Below, in pieces: positions 38,639 through 48,759 of a DNA stretch of 64,000 bases. Position 1 is the stretch's first letter. Every line of letters begins with the position of its first letter. Under the pieces are notes generated by a model, which was given only the letters and a program-made list of their open reading frames with translations, ran no database searches and was not told where the DNA came from. The position numbers and the translations under genes were made by a program. The stretch comes from Opitutaceae bacterium (GTDB lineage Bacteria > Verrucomicrobiota > Verrucomicrobiia > Opitutales > Opitutaceae). The stretch covers positions 8,980 through 72,979 of the forward strand of contig JBAWZQ010000003.1 in the NCBI GenBank assembly GCA_037142955.1, in the 5' to 3' direction.

Positions 38639-39166
38639 CTACGCGCTGTCGACCTCGTCGACTAGATCCATTTCAAGCGCCTTTTCAATGGGCTCACGTC
38701 GCCGATGATAATACAGCGCCATACCGCCCTGATAAAGGAATGTGATCGCGCCAAAAAGTGCGTTGGAGATGTTCGCAATGATTCGCAAAAATTTAGTTTC
38801 ATCTATGCCAGCGGCGGCGATCGTCTCACGTTGCTCCGAGGACATGACCATGCGCACGGATTCTAGGTCGAGGTGCTGTGAGCGATACCCGACGTAGGCC
38901 AGCACGATTACCAGAAGATACAGCTGACTGCCGATGAGCCACGAGACGCCCCGTTTTTGGCCGTGGCTTAACAAATCCACGCCGTGCAACTCCAGCGCGC
39001 CTGCTCCAGCCACGAGCACCCCGATGGCCGCGCCTGGAATGTCTTTGCTTGCAGCGCAGATTAGACTAAAAACGCCTGCGATCACAAGTTCGGTGATACC
39101 GTTGAAACGGGCAAACCGCATCACACGGTATAAAGTCTCTTCGGGAAGCAAGGGTGGCGCACGCAT
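38639..39166 (-). CDS. Hypothetical membrane protein
   Basis: 175-aa ORF with about 4 hydrophobic segments and no recognised domain. The start is uncertain (alternative Met at 39121). Confidence 0.4.
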   Translation of the reverse strand: MRAPPLLPEETLYRVMRFARFNGITELVIAGVFSLICAASKDIPGAAIGVLVAGAGALELHGVDLLSHGQKRGVSWLIGSQLYLLVIVLAYVGYRSQHLDLESVRMVMSSEQRETIAAAGIDETKFLRIIANISNALFGAITFLYQGGMALYYHRRREPIEKALEMDLVDEVDSA

Positions 39167-42100
39167 GGAGAGTTGTCATTCCCGCGCAGAGCCTGAATCT
39201 CAAGCCTCTTTCCTTGGCTGCCTCCGAATCACAACGCCCATTTCCTTTTCGTATCGAGTTCCCACCCGAGCTGCCGATCAGCGCGCGCGCGGACGAAATT
39301 ACCGCAGCCATCGCCGAAAATCAGGTCGTGATACTTGCTGGGGAAACGGGTTCCGGGAAGACGACGCAGATTCCGAAAATGTGCCTTGCCGCCGGCCGAG
39401 GTCAAAGTGGTCGCATAGCCTGCACGCAACCGCGCCGCGTCGCCGCACTGTCGATTTCGCGCCGCGTCGCCGAGGAACTAAACGTCGAATGGGGCCGTGA
39501 GGTCGGCTGCAAGATCCGTTTCAACGACCAGACCACTTCGTCAACGGTCATCAAATTTCTCACCGACGGGATGTTGCTGGCTGAGGTTCAGGGCGATCCG
39601 TTGCTGCGCGACTACGACACGGTCATCATCGACGAAGCTCACGAGCGCTCGCTCAACATCGATTTCCTGCTCGGCCATCTGCGCACGCTGCGGTTTAAGC
39701 GACCCGAGCTGAAAATCATCATCACCTCGGCGACGATCGACACTGAAGCGTTCAGTGCGGCCTTTGACGGCGCGCCTATCATCAAGGTCGAAGGCCGAAC
39801 GTACCCGGTCGAAGTCATCTACGCGCCGCTCGACGGACTTGGTTCCGACTACGACGAAAACGATGAGAATGAGGAAAAATCCGACGCTGCCGCGGTCGCT
39901 TCCGCCAAGGCAGAGGCGCTGCACTACATCGACGGCGCCGTTGAAGCCGTGGAACGGATCGCGCACGAAAGCGAACGCGGCGACGTGTTGGTATTTTTGC
40001 CCAGTGAGCGAGACATCCGCGAAGTCGGCGACCTACTGGAAGGCCGGCGCTTACGCGACTGCGAGATTGTGCCGCTTTTTGGCCGACTCTCCAATATTGA
40101 GCAACAGCGCGTTTTCGCCCCCACGCAGCGTCGCAAAGTCGTGCTCGCGACTAATATAGCCGAAACCTCGCTCACGATTCCTGGCATCCGTTTTGTGGTC
40201 GATACTGGGCTAGCGCGGGTGAGTCGGTATACGGCCGCGGCGCGCACGCGGCGTTTGCCGATAGAGCCGATTTCTCAGTCCAGCGCCGATCAACGCAAGG
40301 GCCGTAGCGGCCGTGTCGCCGAAGGCGTGTGCATTCGGCTTTATTCAGAAAAAGATTTTCTTGAGCGCCCGCGCTTCACTGAACCGGAAATTCGGCGTGC
40401 GAATTTGGCAGACGTAATTTTGCGACTGAAGGCCTTTGGACTAGGCGACATCGAACGCTTTCCCTTTATCAACCCGCCGGCCCCAAAAGCGATTCGCTCG
40501 GGTTACCTGCTACTTGAGGAAATTGGCGCGTTGGCTACAGAAGAAACCGGCGACCTTGTGCGAGCACTGACTCCCGTCGGGCGCGAACTCGCCCGTTTGC
40601 CGGTCGACCCGACCGTCGGGCGCATGATTTTACAGGCGCGCACGGAAAAAGCGCTGCGTGAAGTCCTCGTTATCGCCGCTGGTCTTAGCATCCAAGACCC
40701 GCGCGACCGCCCGATGGATAAACAGCAAGCCGCCGACGCCGCGCACCGCCGCTTTGCGCATCCGGATTCAGATTTTCTTACGCTGCTAAATATCTGGGAG
40801 GCGTTTCATGATGAATTTGAGCGGCTCACACAAGCAAAGTTACGGCGGTTTTGCCGCGATCATTTTTTGAGTTACACGCGCTTGCGGGAGTGGCGCGACG
40901 TGCACGCGCAATTACTTGATACCTTGCGTGAGCGTGAGGCGTTTCGGATGTCTTCGATTTACGATGGTACCCGCGAACATGCGGTGCGAAATCCGGATCA
41001 GCCTCTGGCCTTTGGCACGCCCGGATATCGGGCGATTCACCGCAGTATTCTCTCCGGCTTGCTCGGCAACATCGCGCAACTCGACGAGGACAACGGCGGA
41101 TACAAAGCCACTAACGATCGGCGCGTGGGCCTGTTTCCTGGCTCGGTTTTGTTTCGGCGCGAAGAGCCCAAGCGCGGTAAACCCGATCCCGCAGCTGCGC
41201 TAAAAAAAAGCCCGAAGCCCCCCCGTTGGATAATGGCAGCGGAGATGATGGAGACGACGCGGCTTTACGCGCGCACCTGCGCGCGTCTCGATCCGCTGTG
41301 GGCGCTTGATCTCGGTGCGCATGTCGTGCGGGTGTCGCACAGTGAGCCGTTTTGGAACGAAGAATCGGGACGCGTTATGGTGAAACAACGCACGCGACTC
41401 TACGGCCTAGAATTGGAAAGTCGCGCCGTGGGCTACGGAAAAATCAATCCTATACAGGCTTCAGAAATTTTCATTCGCGAAGCGCTCGTAAATGACACCG
41501 TCGTTTTTCCGCTCGATTGTTTGCTACATAATCGCGCTGTCAGGGCAAAAATCGAAAATGCGCTTACGCGCACGCGCGATACGGGTTACCTCAATCTCGA
41601 CGAGGCGATTTATCGTTTCTACGCAGTGCGTCTCATCCCCGAGGAAAACCCGCAGCACATTTCCTCGGTCGCGGAGTTGGTCGACCTCGTACGCGAACGT
41701 CGCGGCGCGGAGCCGAATTTCCTTATGCTCCAGCCCGAGGATCTGCGTGATCCTGAGACGCTGCAGCACGACGCGGCGGCTTTTCCCGAGGCTCTGCCCC
41801 TCGCGAATTCAGCCTTGCCGCTCGCTTATTCATATAAACCCGGGCAGGCGGATGACGGAGTTACGCTTGACGTTAATGTCCGCGACGCTGCTTCCCTAAC
41901 GGCGGCCGCTCTCGATTGGGCGGTACCAGGACATCTCGAGGCAAAGGTAGAGCATTACTTGCGGGCGCTGCCTAAGGAATTGCGCCGCGCCTTTGTGCCG
42001 CTGAGTGAAAACGCAAAAAAGTTTAAGAGTTGGGTTACCGCCCGCGACCGGCTCACGGACCGCCGCGAGACGTTGACCGAGGCCTTGGCGGCAGAGTTGC

Positions 42101-43296
42101 GCGAACGCTTCCGGCTCGGTGTGCAGGCGAAAATCTGGGATGACAAGCCGTTGCCAGATCATTTCCGCGTGCGCGTACGCGTCGTGAATGATAACGGCGT
42201 TGAGCTCTGCGCGAGCCGCGAGCTAGGGGAGATCCATGCGGCGCTGCAGCTGCGCGGCCGCGAGGCGACGGTCGCCGTGGCGAAGGCCGAGCCCGAAGTG
42301 TGGCGTCGCGCCCGCGTGCAGTGGGAAAAATCGCCGCAGACGACGTGGAGCTTTGGTGATATCCCCGCTCGCGTGCGCGTCAGTGAGCAGGCGGGTGTGC
42401 CGGTCGAGGCATTTCCGGCACTCGTGATGGAAAATGGCGGTGTGGCGTTGCGGCTCGCGCGTACGCCGGAAGAAGCGCAGAGGGCGACGGCGCGCGGAAT
42501 CTCAGCGTTATTGGAATCTAACGTTCGCTACGAATTGGGCTGGTTGGAGCGCGACTTGAAGGCGCTGCGCGAGCTCGGTGCTTTGTTGGCCACGCTGGTG
42601 CCGCTGGCGGATTTACAAGTGCACGCTTTGGATTCGATTCGGACGTGGGTTTGCGATGCGAAACGCGTGAGCGCGCTTACGACGAACGCGTTTGGCGCGG
42701 CGGTTGATCGGGCAAGAGCGGATCTGCGTGGGTTTGTGCCGCGGTATGTTGAGCAGCTGCGGGAGATTCTGACGTTGCGGCTATCGCTTGAAGTTCACAA
42801 CACGCCATACTCCGGATTGGCGGGTGATTTGGCGGCTTTGTTGCCTGCGGATTTTGTCCGAGCGACGCCGTACGCGCAGCTCGCACATTTTCCGCGTTAT
42901 CTCAAAGCCATGAAGCATCGCGCGGATCGTTGGCGGCAAAATCCGGTTAAAGATGCCGAGCGGGCGCGCCAGTTGGCGCCTTACGTAGCTGCGGCGTTGA
43001 AGCTGAGAGACCGTGAGAACGGCCTAGCGTTTCGCTGGTGGTTGGAAGAATTTCGCGTGAGCCTTTTTGCGCAGGAACTGGGGACGGCGGAGCCGGTTTC
43101 GGCCGTCAAATTGGATCGCTGGCTGGCTAGTTTTGGAAAAATGGGCGGCGTGGAAACGAAGCTCGAGGCGCCGCCTAAACCACTGGTGGCAAAACCCGCT
43201 GCGCCGCTAGCGCCGTTGGCGACTGTCAAAATGTCGGACAAAAAAAGCGGGCCACTCAAAAATTTCGGCGCGTTGGATAAATTCATCCAACGTTAG
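39154..43296 (+). CDS. hrpA: ATP-dependent RNA helicase HrpA (DEAH box)
   Basis: 1380 aa. Contains GETGSGKTTQIPK, DEAHERS, TNIAETSLTIPG and QRKGRSGR, plus a long HrpA C-terminal region. The exact start is uncertain. Confidence 0.9.
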   Translation: MAHAWRVVIPAQSLNLKPLSLAASESQRPFPFRIEFPPELPISARADEITAAIAENQVVILAGETGSGKTTQIPKMCLAAGRGQSGRIACTQPRRVAALSISRRVAEELNVEWGREVGCKIRFNDQTTSSTVIKFLTDGMLLAEVQGDPLLRDYDTVIIDEAHERSLNIDFLLGHLRTLRFKRPELKIIITSATIDTEAFSAAFDGAPIIKVEGRTYPVEVIYAPLDGLGSDYDENDENEEKSDAAAVASAKAEALHYIDGAVEAVERIAHESERGDVLVFLPSERDIREVGDLLEGRRLRDCEIVPLFGRLSNIEQQRVFAPTQRRKVVLATNIAETSLTIPGIRFVVDTGLARVSRYTAAARTRRLPIEPISQSSADQRKGRSGRVAEGVCIRLYSEKDFLERPRFTEPEIRRANLADVILRLKAFGLGDIERFPFINPPAPKAIRSGYLLLEEIGALATEETGDLVRALTPVGRELARLPVDPTVGRMILQARTEKALREVLVIAAGLSIQDPRDRPMDKQQAADAAHRRFAHPDSDFLTLLNIWEAFHDEFERLTQAKLRRFCRDHFLSYTRLREWRDVHAQLLDTLREREAFRMSSIYDGTREHAVRNPDQPLAFGTPGYRAIHRSILSGLLGNIAQLDEDNGGYKATNDRRVGLFPGSVLFRREEPKRGKPDPAAALKKSPKPPRWIMAAEMMETTRLYARTCARLDPLWALDLGAHVVRVSHSEPFWNEESGRVMVKQRTRLYGLELESRAVGYGKINPIQASEIFIREALVNDTVVFPLDCLLHNRAVRAKIENALTRTRDTGYLNLDEAIYRFYAVRLIPEENPQHISSVAELVDLVRERRGAEPNFLMLQPEDLRDPETLQHDAAAFPEALPLANSALPLAYSYKPGQADDGVTLDVNVRDAASLTAAALDWAVPGHLEAKVEHYLRALPKELRRAFVPLSENAKKFKSWVTARDRLTDRRETLTEALAAELRERFRLGVQAKIWDDKPLPDHFRVRVRVVNDNGVELCASRELGEIHAALQLRGREATVAVAKAEPEVWRRARVQWEKSPQTTWSFGDIPARVRVSEQAGVPVEAFPALVMENGGVALRLARTPEEAQRATARGISALLESNVRYELGWLERDLKALRELGALLATLVPLADLQVHALDSIRTWVCDAKRVSALTTNAFGAAVDRARADLRGFVPRYVEQLREILTLRLSLEVHNTPYSGLAGDLAALLPADFVRATPYAQLAHFPRYLKAMKHRADRWRQNPVKDAERARQLAPYVAAALKLRDRENGLAFRWWLEEFRVSLFAQELGTAEPVSAVKLDRWLASFGKMGGVETKLEAPPKPLVAKPAAPLAPLATVKMSDKKSGPLKNFGALDKFIQR

Positions 43297-43357
43297 CATC
43301 CCTAACGTTGCGATTTTTTTCCGACTTAGTTCATTATATTAAGATCCTTTCTGCCAG

Positions 43358-45847
43358 ATGCTCTACCGCTTTTCCACTCCGCTTCGCGCCGCTGTCGCCA
43401 TTTTACTGTATGCCCTAATTTTCTCCACGCCTCTGGCTGCTGCTGAGCTGGTGCAGTTCGCACGGGACATTCAGCCGATTTTTGAAGCGAGCTGCGTGCA
43501 ATGCCACGCCCGTGGTAAGGAAAAGGGCGGCTTTAGCATAGAAACACGGGCTGATTTTCTCGATGGCGGCGAAAATGGAGTTGCGGCGGTGGCCGGCCAC
43601 AGCGCGGAAAGTCCTGTGATGAAACTCATCACGAGTCTGGATGCGGAGAAAGTGATGCCGAAAAAAGGTAAAAAACTCACGCCGCAACAAGTGGCGATTT
43701 TTAGCGCTTGGATCGATCAAGGCATGGTCTGGCCGCAGGAAATTAATTTCGCCAAACATGAGCCGGCGAATTTGCGACCGCGGGAATTGTCGAGCTTGGC
43801 GGTTGCGACTAAGGTGGCAAATCCCGTGGATGATTTTGTCGGAGCGAGCATGGCGCAACACGGCGTGACTTGGCCGCAGGTCATCGATGATCGCACTTTT
43901 GCGCGGCGCGTATGGCTTGATACCATCGGGCTATTGCCGCCGCCGGCGGAGCTGGATGTTTTTATCGCCGATGGGACGGTGAATAAACGCGAACGTCTTG
44001 TGGCGCGGCTTCTCGGAAATCGTCAGGCTTACGCGGAGCATTGGCTGACGTTTTGGAATGATTTATTACGTAATGATTACAAGGGTACCGGTTACATAGA
44101 CGGTGGTCGCAAGCCCATCACTTCCTGGCTTTATACGGCGCTTGCACGAAATTTGCCCTACGACCAATTCGTTGCTCAGCTCATTAATCCCGGCGCGGAA
44201 GCGGAGGGTTTTACCAACGGCATTCTTTGGCGTGGCGCGGTCAACGCTAGTATGGTGCCACCGATGCAGGCAGCGCAGAGCGTTGCACAGGTGTTTCTTG
44301 GGGTGAATCTCAAATGCGCTTCCTGCCACGATAGTTTTATTAACGAATACACCCTCAAGGACGCTTACGGCCTTGCGAGTGTGTATGCGGATGCACCACT
44401 CGAAATCGCCGAGTGCGATAAACCCACGGGCCACATCGGACAGGTGAAATTTCTGTACGGTGAACTTGGCTTGATCGACGGCAAAGCGGACCCAGCTACC
44501 CGCAAACGACAACTCGCGGATATCATTACTGGGCGCTCGAACGGTCGCTTGCCCCGCACGATCGTGAACCGCCTTTGGCAGCGTTTTATGGGCTACGGTC
44601 TCGTCGAGCCCGTCGATGAAATGGATAAACCTGCTTGGTCGCCCGAGCTCATGGATTGGCTCGCGGAGGATCTCGTAGCGCATGGCTACGATCTTAAGCA
44701 CACCATCACGCGTATTCTTACTTCGCGTGCCTACCAATTGCCGGTGGTCAACGTCGGTGAGACTGAGGAGCATTATGTATTTCGCGGCCCAAGCGTGCGT
44801 CGCCTAAGCGCTGAGCAATTTTCTGATGCATTACTCACGCTCAGTGGTTCAGAGCATGCCGCTAAAGCCGATGCGCGCTTGAATCGCGAAATCGCTTTGA
44901 AGGAACGGGCCTCAGTAACTTTACCGCTTCAGCCCAAGTGGATATGGACTAATGCTCACGCAGCCATCAAGACGAAGCCAGCGGCAGTGGTGTTCAAACG
45001 TGAGGTAACACTTGCGACGCTACCAACGGAGGCGTTTATCGCAATCGCCGCTGATAACAGCTATACAATTACGATCAACGGCCAAGCCTATGGGGCTTCC
45101 TCGAAACGCACAAGCGCTGGTCCGGATTTAATCGATATGCGGGGAAAATTTAAGGTGGGTTTGAATACGCTCAGTATCATGGCGATCAATCTGACGCCTG
45201 AAGGTGCCACGCCTATTCCGCCTGCGCTTATAGGGCCCAACGGTAAAGCCTTACCCTTTGATCCTAAAGCGCCGCAGCTTGAATTTCCGCCTGAGGCCGA
45301 CACCTCAGCCGGGCTGATCCTCTACGCCCGCGTCAGGACGGAGGGGCAGGTCATGGATTTTGTTTCCGATGCGACGTGGACGACCGATGGGGGGCCGGTT
45401 TTTGAACTCGGCGGTGTGGAGCTCGCACCCTGGAAACTAGGGACGAATTTCATGGAGCTCGCGGAGGCGATGCCAGAAAAATTACCCGTGCAGCGCGCTT
45501 CGTTGTTAGCGGCGGATCCTTTGATGTCGGCGCTGGGTCGGCCTAACCGCGAGCAAGTTGTGACCGTGCGCCAAGGCACGGCGACGACGTTGCAAGCGCT
45601 CGAATTGACCAATGGCGCGACGCTCGCCGCGGCATTGAAAACTGGGGCTGAAAAAATCCTGGTGAACGCGCCGAAAGACCCCGCGCAACTCGCGACGGCG
45701 CTGTATCGTCTAGCTCTCAGCCGTAGCCCAACGTCGACCGAACTCGCATTTGCGACGCAACTCTTGGGCTCGCCGGTTCAAGCCGAGGGCGTGCAAGATC
45801 TGCTTTGGGCGCTGGCGATGTTACCTGAATTTCAATTGATTTACTGA
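43358..45847 (+). CDS. PSCyt1 + DUF1549 + beta-sandwich insert + DUF1553 protein
   Basis: Signal peptide, heme motif CVQCH, NPVDDFV...FARRVWLDTIGLLPP, CASCHD, and a C-terminal DUF1553 tail (LPEFQLIY). The inserted segment around KWIWTN...FKREVTL..AADNSYTITINGQ resembles a sugar-binding beta-sandwich. Confidence 0.7.
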   Translation: MLYRFSTPLRAAVAILLYALIFSTPLAAAELVQFARDIQPIFEASCVQCHARGKEKGGFSIETRADFLDGGENGVAAVAGHSAESPVMKLITSLDAEKVMPKKGKKLTPQQVAIFSAWIDQGMVWPQEINFAKHEPANLRPRELSSLAVATKVANPVDDFVGASMAQHGVTWPQVIDDRTFARRVWLDTIGLLPPPAELDVFIADGTVNKRERLVARLLGNRQAYAEHWLTFWNDLLRNDYKGTGYIDGGRKPITSWLYTALARNLPYDQFVAQLINPGAEAEGFTNGILWRGAVNASMVPPMQAAQSVAQVFLGVNLKCASCHDSFINEYTLKDAYGLASVYADAPLEIAECDKPTGHIGQVKFLYGELGLIDGKADPATRKRQLADIITGRSNGRLPRTIVNRLWQRFMGYGLVEPVDEMDKPAWSPELMDWLAEDLVAHGYDLKHTITRILTSRAYQLPVVNVGETEEHYVFRGPSVRRLSAEQFSDALLTLSGSEHAAKADARLNREIALKERASVTLPLQPKWIWTNAHAAIKTKPAAVVFKREVTLATLPTEAFIAIAADNSYTITINGQAYGASSKRTSAGPDLIDMRGKFKVGLNTLSIMAINLTPEGATPIPPALIGPNGKALPFDPKAPQLEFPPEADTSAGLILYARVRTEGQVMDFVSDATWTTDGGPVFELGGVELAPWKLGTNFMELAEAMPEKLPVQRASLLAADPLMSALGRPNREQVVTVRQGTATTLQALELTNGATLAAALKTGAEKILVNAPKDPAQLATALYRLALSRSPTSTELAFATQLLGSPVQAEGVQDLLWALAMLPEFQLIY

Positions 45848-45874
45848 GTCCCGATATCACCTGCGCTCCCCGCC

Positions 45875-47419
45875 ATGAATCTTTCCCGTCTCATCGCTCA
45901 ACATACTGCTCGTCAGGCCCGGCCCGATTTGTGGTCGCGCCGTGATTTTCTAAAAACGGCGTCAACCGCTACACTCGCGGCTCTAGCTGCTGGTGCGCCA
46001 CGTCCGCTTTTCGCAGCGGGGGAATTGGAGAAAATTGCGCCGACTGCTGATCGCGTGATTGTGCTTTGGATGGGTGGCGGAATGGCGCATACGGAGACTT
46101 TTGATCCGAAGCGGTACACGCCCTACGCGCCCGGACTCGACCCGAATGAAGTGTTGAGCACGTTTCCCTCGATCCCGACGAATGTCGACGGTGTCCGATT
46201 TTCGGCGGGGCTTGAACATCTCGCGCAAGTAATGGATCGCGGGACGTTGATCCGTGGTATGCAGGCGGCGGACCTCGGATTTATTCTTCACTCGCGGCAT
46301 CAATTTAATTGGCACACAGGCTATGTGCCGCCGCAGACGGTCGCTGCGCCGCATATCGGCTCGTGGATTGCGCGCACGCTTGGACCGCTGGATCCGGCCA
46401 TGCCAGCATTTATTAATATTGGTCAGCGTTTCGATCTCGGTGAAGGCGAGGAATTGAAGGCCTTCACGACGGCGGGATTTCTCGGCAGCGAGTATGGCCC
46501 TTTTAATGTGGCTTTCCCAGAGCAGGCAGCTGATGCAGTGCGGCCGCCGGCGGGAATGAGCCCGGGTCGTTTTGCTAATCGGGAAAAACTTTACCGCGAG
46601 TTACTCGCCGCTAGCCCGATTGGCCGCGAAGGCAGCGGCTTTCAAAAAGATTCGCTCCTGCGTTCGATGGATAACGCGCACCGCCTGCTCAGTTCACCAG
46701 CGGCTAAGGCGTTTGATCTATCGCTCGAGCCGCTTGATCGAACGCGAAAATATTTTCCTAGTTTTGAGCCCGGCATGCGGTTTGACGCGCCGCGCGATCG
46801 TTTTGGTGCAAAATACGAAGACAGTATGATCGGGCGGTTTGGTTTGGGGTGTTTGCTCGCACGGCGACTCTGCGAAGCGGGAGCACGTTTCATCGAAGTT
46901 ACGACGGAATATATACCCTTCCTCAATTGGGACACGCATGAGAACGGACATGCACGGCTCGTAGGTATGAAGCAGATGATTGATGCGCCCATCGCTCAAC
47001 TCGTACTTGATCTTGAGGAACGGGGAATGTTGGAGCGCACATTAATTGTGATCGCGAGCGAGTTTAGTCGCGACATGATGCTCGAGGGTAAGCCGGAGAA
47101 AACCGTCAAAGACCAAGTGCCGGTGCCGGCAGTGCTCAACGATGCAAAATTCTATGGTATGCACCGGCATTTCACGGCGGCCGGGAGCGTGTTGATGTTT
47201 GGTGGAGGTATGAAGCGCGGCTACGTCCACGGCGTGACAGCGGACGAGCGTCCGTGCAAAACGATTAAAGATCCTGTGACGATCAGTGACCTACATGCGT
47301 CAATTTATCGTGCGGTCGGAATCCCCGCAAATCATGGTTATGATGTTGAGAAGAGGCCGTTTTACGTGACCGCCGATGGTAAGGGCCAAGCAGTGCGGCC
47401 GTTATTTGCTCAGGGCTAA
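45875..47419 (+). CDS. DUF1501-domain protein (Tat signal)
   Basis: Contains WSRRDFLKTASTATLAALAAG, GGGMAHTETFDPK and NWDTHENGH; downstream partner of 43358-45847. Confidence 0.75.
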   Translation: MNLSRLIAQHTARQARPDLWSRRDFLKTASTATLAALAAGAPRPLFAAGELEKIAPTADRVIVLWMGGGMAHTETFDPKRYTPYAPGLDPNEVLSTFPSIPTNVDGVRFSAGLEHLAQVMDRGTLIRGMQAADLGFILHSRHQFNWHTGYVPPQTVAAPHIGSWIARTLGPLDPAMPAFINIGQRFDLGEGEELKAFTTAGFLGSEYGPFNVAFPEQAADAVRPPAGMSPGRFANREKLYRELLAASPIGREGSGFQKDSLLRSMDNAHRLLSSPAAKAFDLSLEPLDRTRKYFPSFEPGMRFDAPRDRFGAKYEDSMIGRFGLGCLLARRLCEAGARFIEVTTEYIPFLNWDTHENGHARLVGMKQMIDAPIAQLVLDLEERGMLERTLIVIASEFSRDMMLEGKPEKTVKDQVPVPAVLNDAKFYGMHRHFTAAGSVLMFGGGMKRGYVHGVTADERPCKTIKDPVTISDLHASIYRAVGIPANHGYDVEKRPFYVTADGKGQAVRPLFAQG

Positions 47420-47469
47420 TAGGCAGCCAAATTTTAGATGTTTTTTTCAACTGATTCCTAATCCACATA

Positions 47470-48279
47470 ATGAAAATCATTCTTCTCCTCACCACTTTAA
47501 TGGTAACGGCCACGGTTTCCTGCGCCAAGGTCCTAACTCGTAGCATTCCCTACGTACACGCGGGTGTTAAACTCGAGGGGTATTTGGCTTACGATGACGC
47601 CAAAGTATCCGCCAAAAATCCTGCGCCCGGCGTGCTCGTAGTGCCTGAGTGGTGGGGCTTAAACGACTATGCAAAAGGTCGCGCCGTCCAGCTTGCGGAG
47701 CTTGGTTATGTGGCGTTTGCGACCGATATGTATGGTGCCGGTATCGTCACTACCGATCCTAAAAAAGCGGGCGAATTGGCCGGACAATTTTACGGAAAAC
47801 CGCTAATGGCACAGCGTGCTCGGGCAGGGCTTGATCAGTTACTCGCTTCTGCGCTGGTGGATAAGACACGTTTGGCTTCGATCGGCTATTGCTTTGGTGG
47901 AGCGGTGAGTCAGGTGCTGGCTTATAGTGGCGCTCCCCTCGCGGGCATAGTGAGCTTTCACGGTTCTTTGATTCCGGCTTCGCCGGAGGCCGCGGCGGCG
48001 AACAAGGCCAAATTTCTTGTGTGTCACGGTGCTGTCGATCCGTTTATTAAGCCGGAGGAGCTTGCCGCGTTCTTGAAATCAATGAATGACGGTAAATTTG
48101 ATTATCAATTTGTGAGCTACGCTGGAGCGATCCACGCCTTCACCAATCCGAAGGCGGATGAGATGGCAAAAGCGACGGGGCTTGTCGGCGGTATCGCTTA
48201 TAACGCGGCGGCGGATCTTCGTTCTTGGGCGCACCTGCGAGGTTTTTTTGATGAGATTTTTGCGGTTAAAAAAGGATGA
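47470..48279 (+). CDS. Dienelactone hydrolase family protein (secreted)
   Basis: Signal peptide, nucleophile elbow IGYCFGG, and HGAVDPF..H.F, an alpha/beta hydrolase pattern. Confidence 0.8.
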   Translation: MKIILLLTTLMVTATVSCAKVLTRSIPYVHAGVKLEGYLAYDDAKVSAKNPAPGVLVVPEWWGLNDYAKGRAVQLAELGYVAFATDMYGAGIVTTDPKKAGELAGQFYGKPLMAQRARAGLDQLLASALVDKTRLASIGYCFGGAVSQVLAYSGAPLAGIVSFHGSLIPASPEAAAANKAKFLVCHGAVDPFIKPEELAAFLKSMNDGKFDYQFVSYAGAIHAFTNPKADEMAKATGLVGGIAYNAAADLRSWAHLRGFFDEIFAVKKG

Positions 48280-48755
48280 GAATTTTCGTTGCTCACCTAC
48301 GTCGGGTATTTGGATCAGCGTTTGTTGGACTCGCGTTAGTGTGTAGCAGCGGTTGCCTTGCCACAAAATTGGTCACAGCCCCGCTCAATCTCGCTGGCAC
48401 ATCAGTTGGAGTGGTGGGTGACACGGCGGAGGCAGTCGTGAAGACGTCTGGAAAGGTTATTATTGGATCCGTACGAGCGACGGGTTCGGTCGCCGATAAA
48501 GGGATCACTGCGGCGGGTAAATTGGCTCGCGCGAGGATGGTGACGTTTATCGATGCGGCAAACGGCACGGTGGCGCGTGTGCCATGGGCGCAAGGCATGG
48601 ATTTATTGGGAGGCGCGCAAGCGGCAAAGATTCAAGTCGCGATGCGGGCGATCCAAGTCATACGTGCAGGAAAAATAGGGCCCCGTTTGGCGAAGCCCAA
48701 AGTTTCATTGCCGCTTGAAGCAGGTGATGTCGTGCGCGTAGGAGAGGTTGGCTGA
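48276..48755 (+). CDS. Hypothetical lipoprotein
   Basis: Lipobox LVCSSGC. It overlaps the upstream gene by ATGA. No recognised domain. Confidence 0.45.
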   Translation: MRIFVAHLRRVFGSAFVGLALVCSSGCLATKLVTAPLNLAGTSVGVVGDTAEAVVKTSGKVIIGSVRATGSVADKGITAAGKLARARMVTFIDAANGTVARVPWAQGMDLLGGAQAAKIQVAMRAIQVIRAGKIGPRLAKPKVSLPLEAGDVVRVGEVG

Positions 48756-48759
48756 AATT

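Noticed and set aside
39121-39166. 13-nt head-to-head overlap of the divergent starts of the membrane protein gene and hrpA.
   Set aside because: This is probably a start-codon assignment artefact. The membrane protein has an alternative Met at 39121, and the HrpA conserved region begins well downstream. It is not treated as a real feature.
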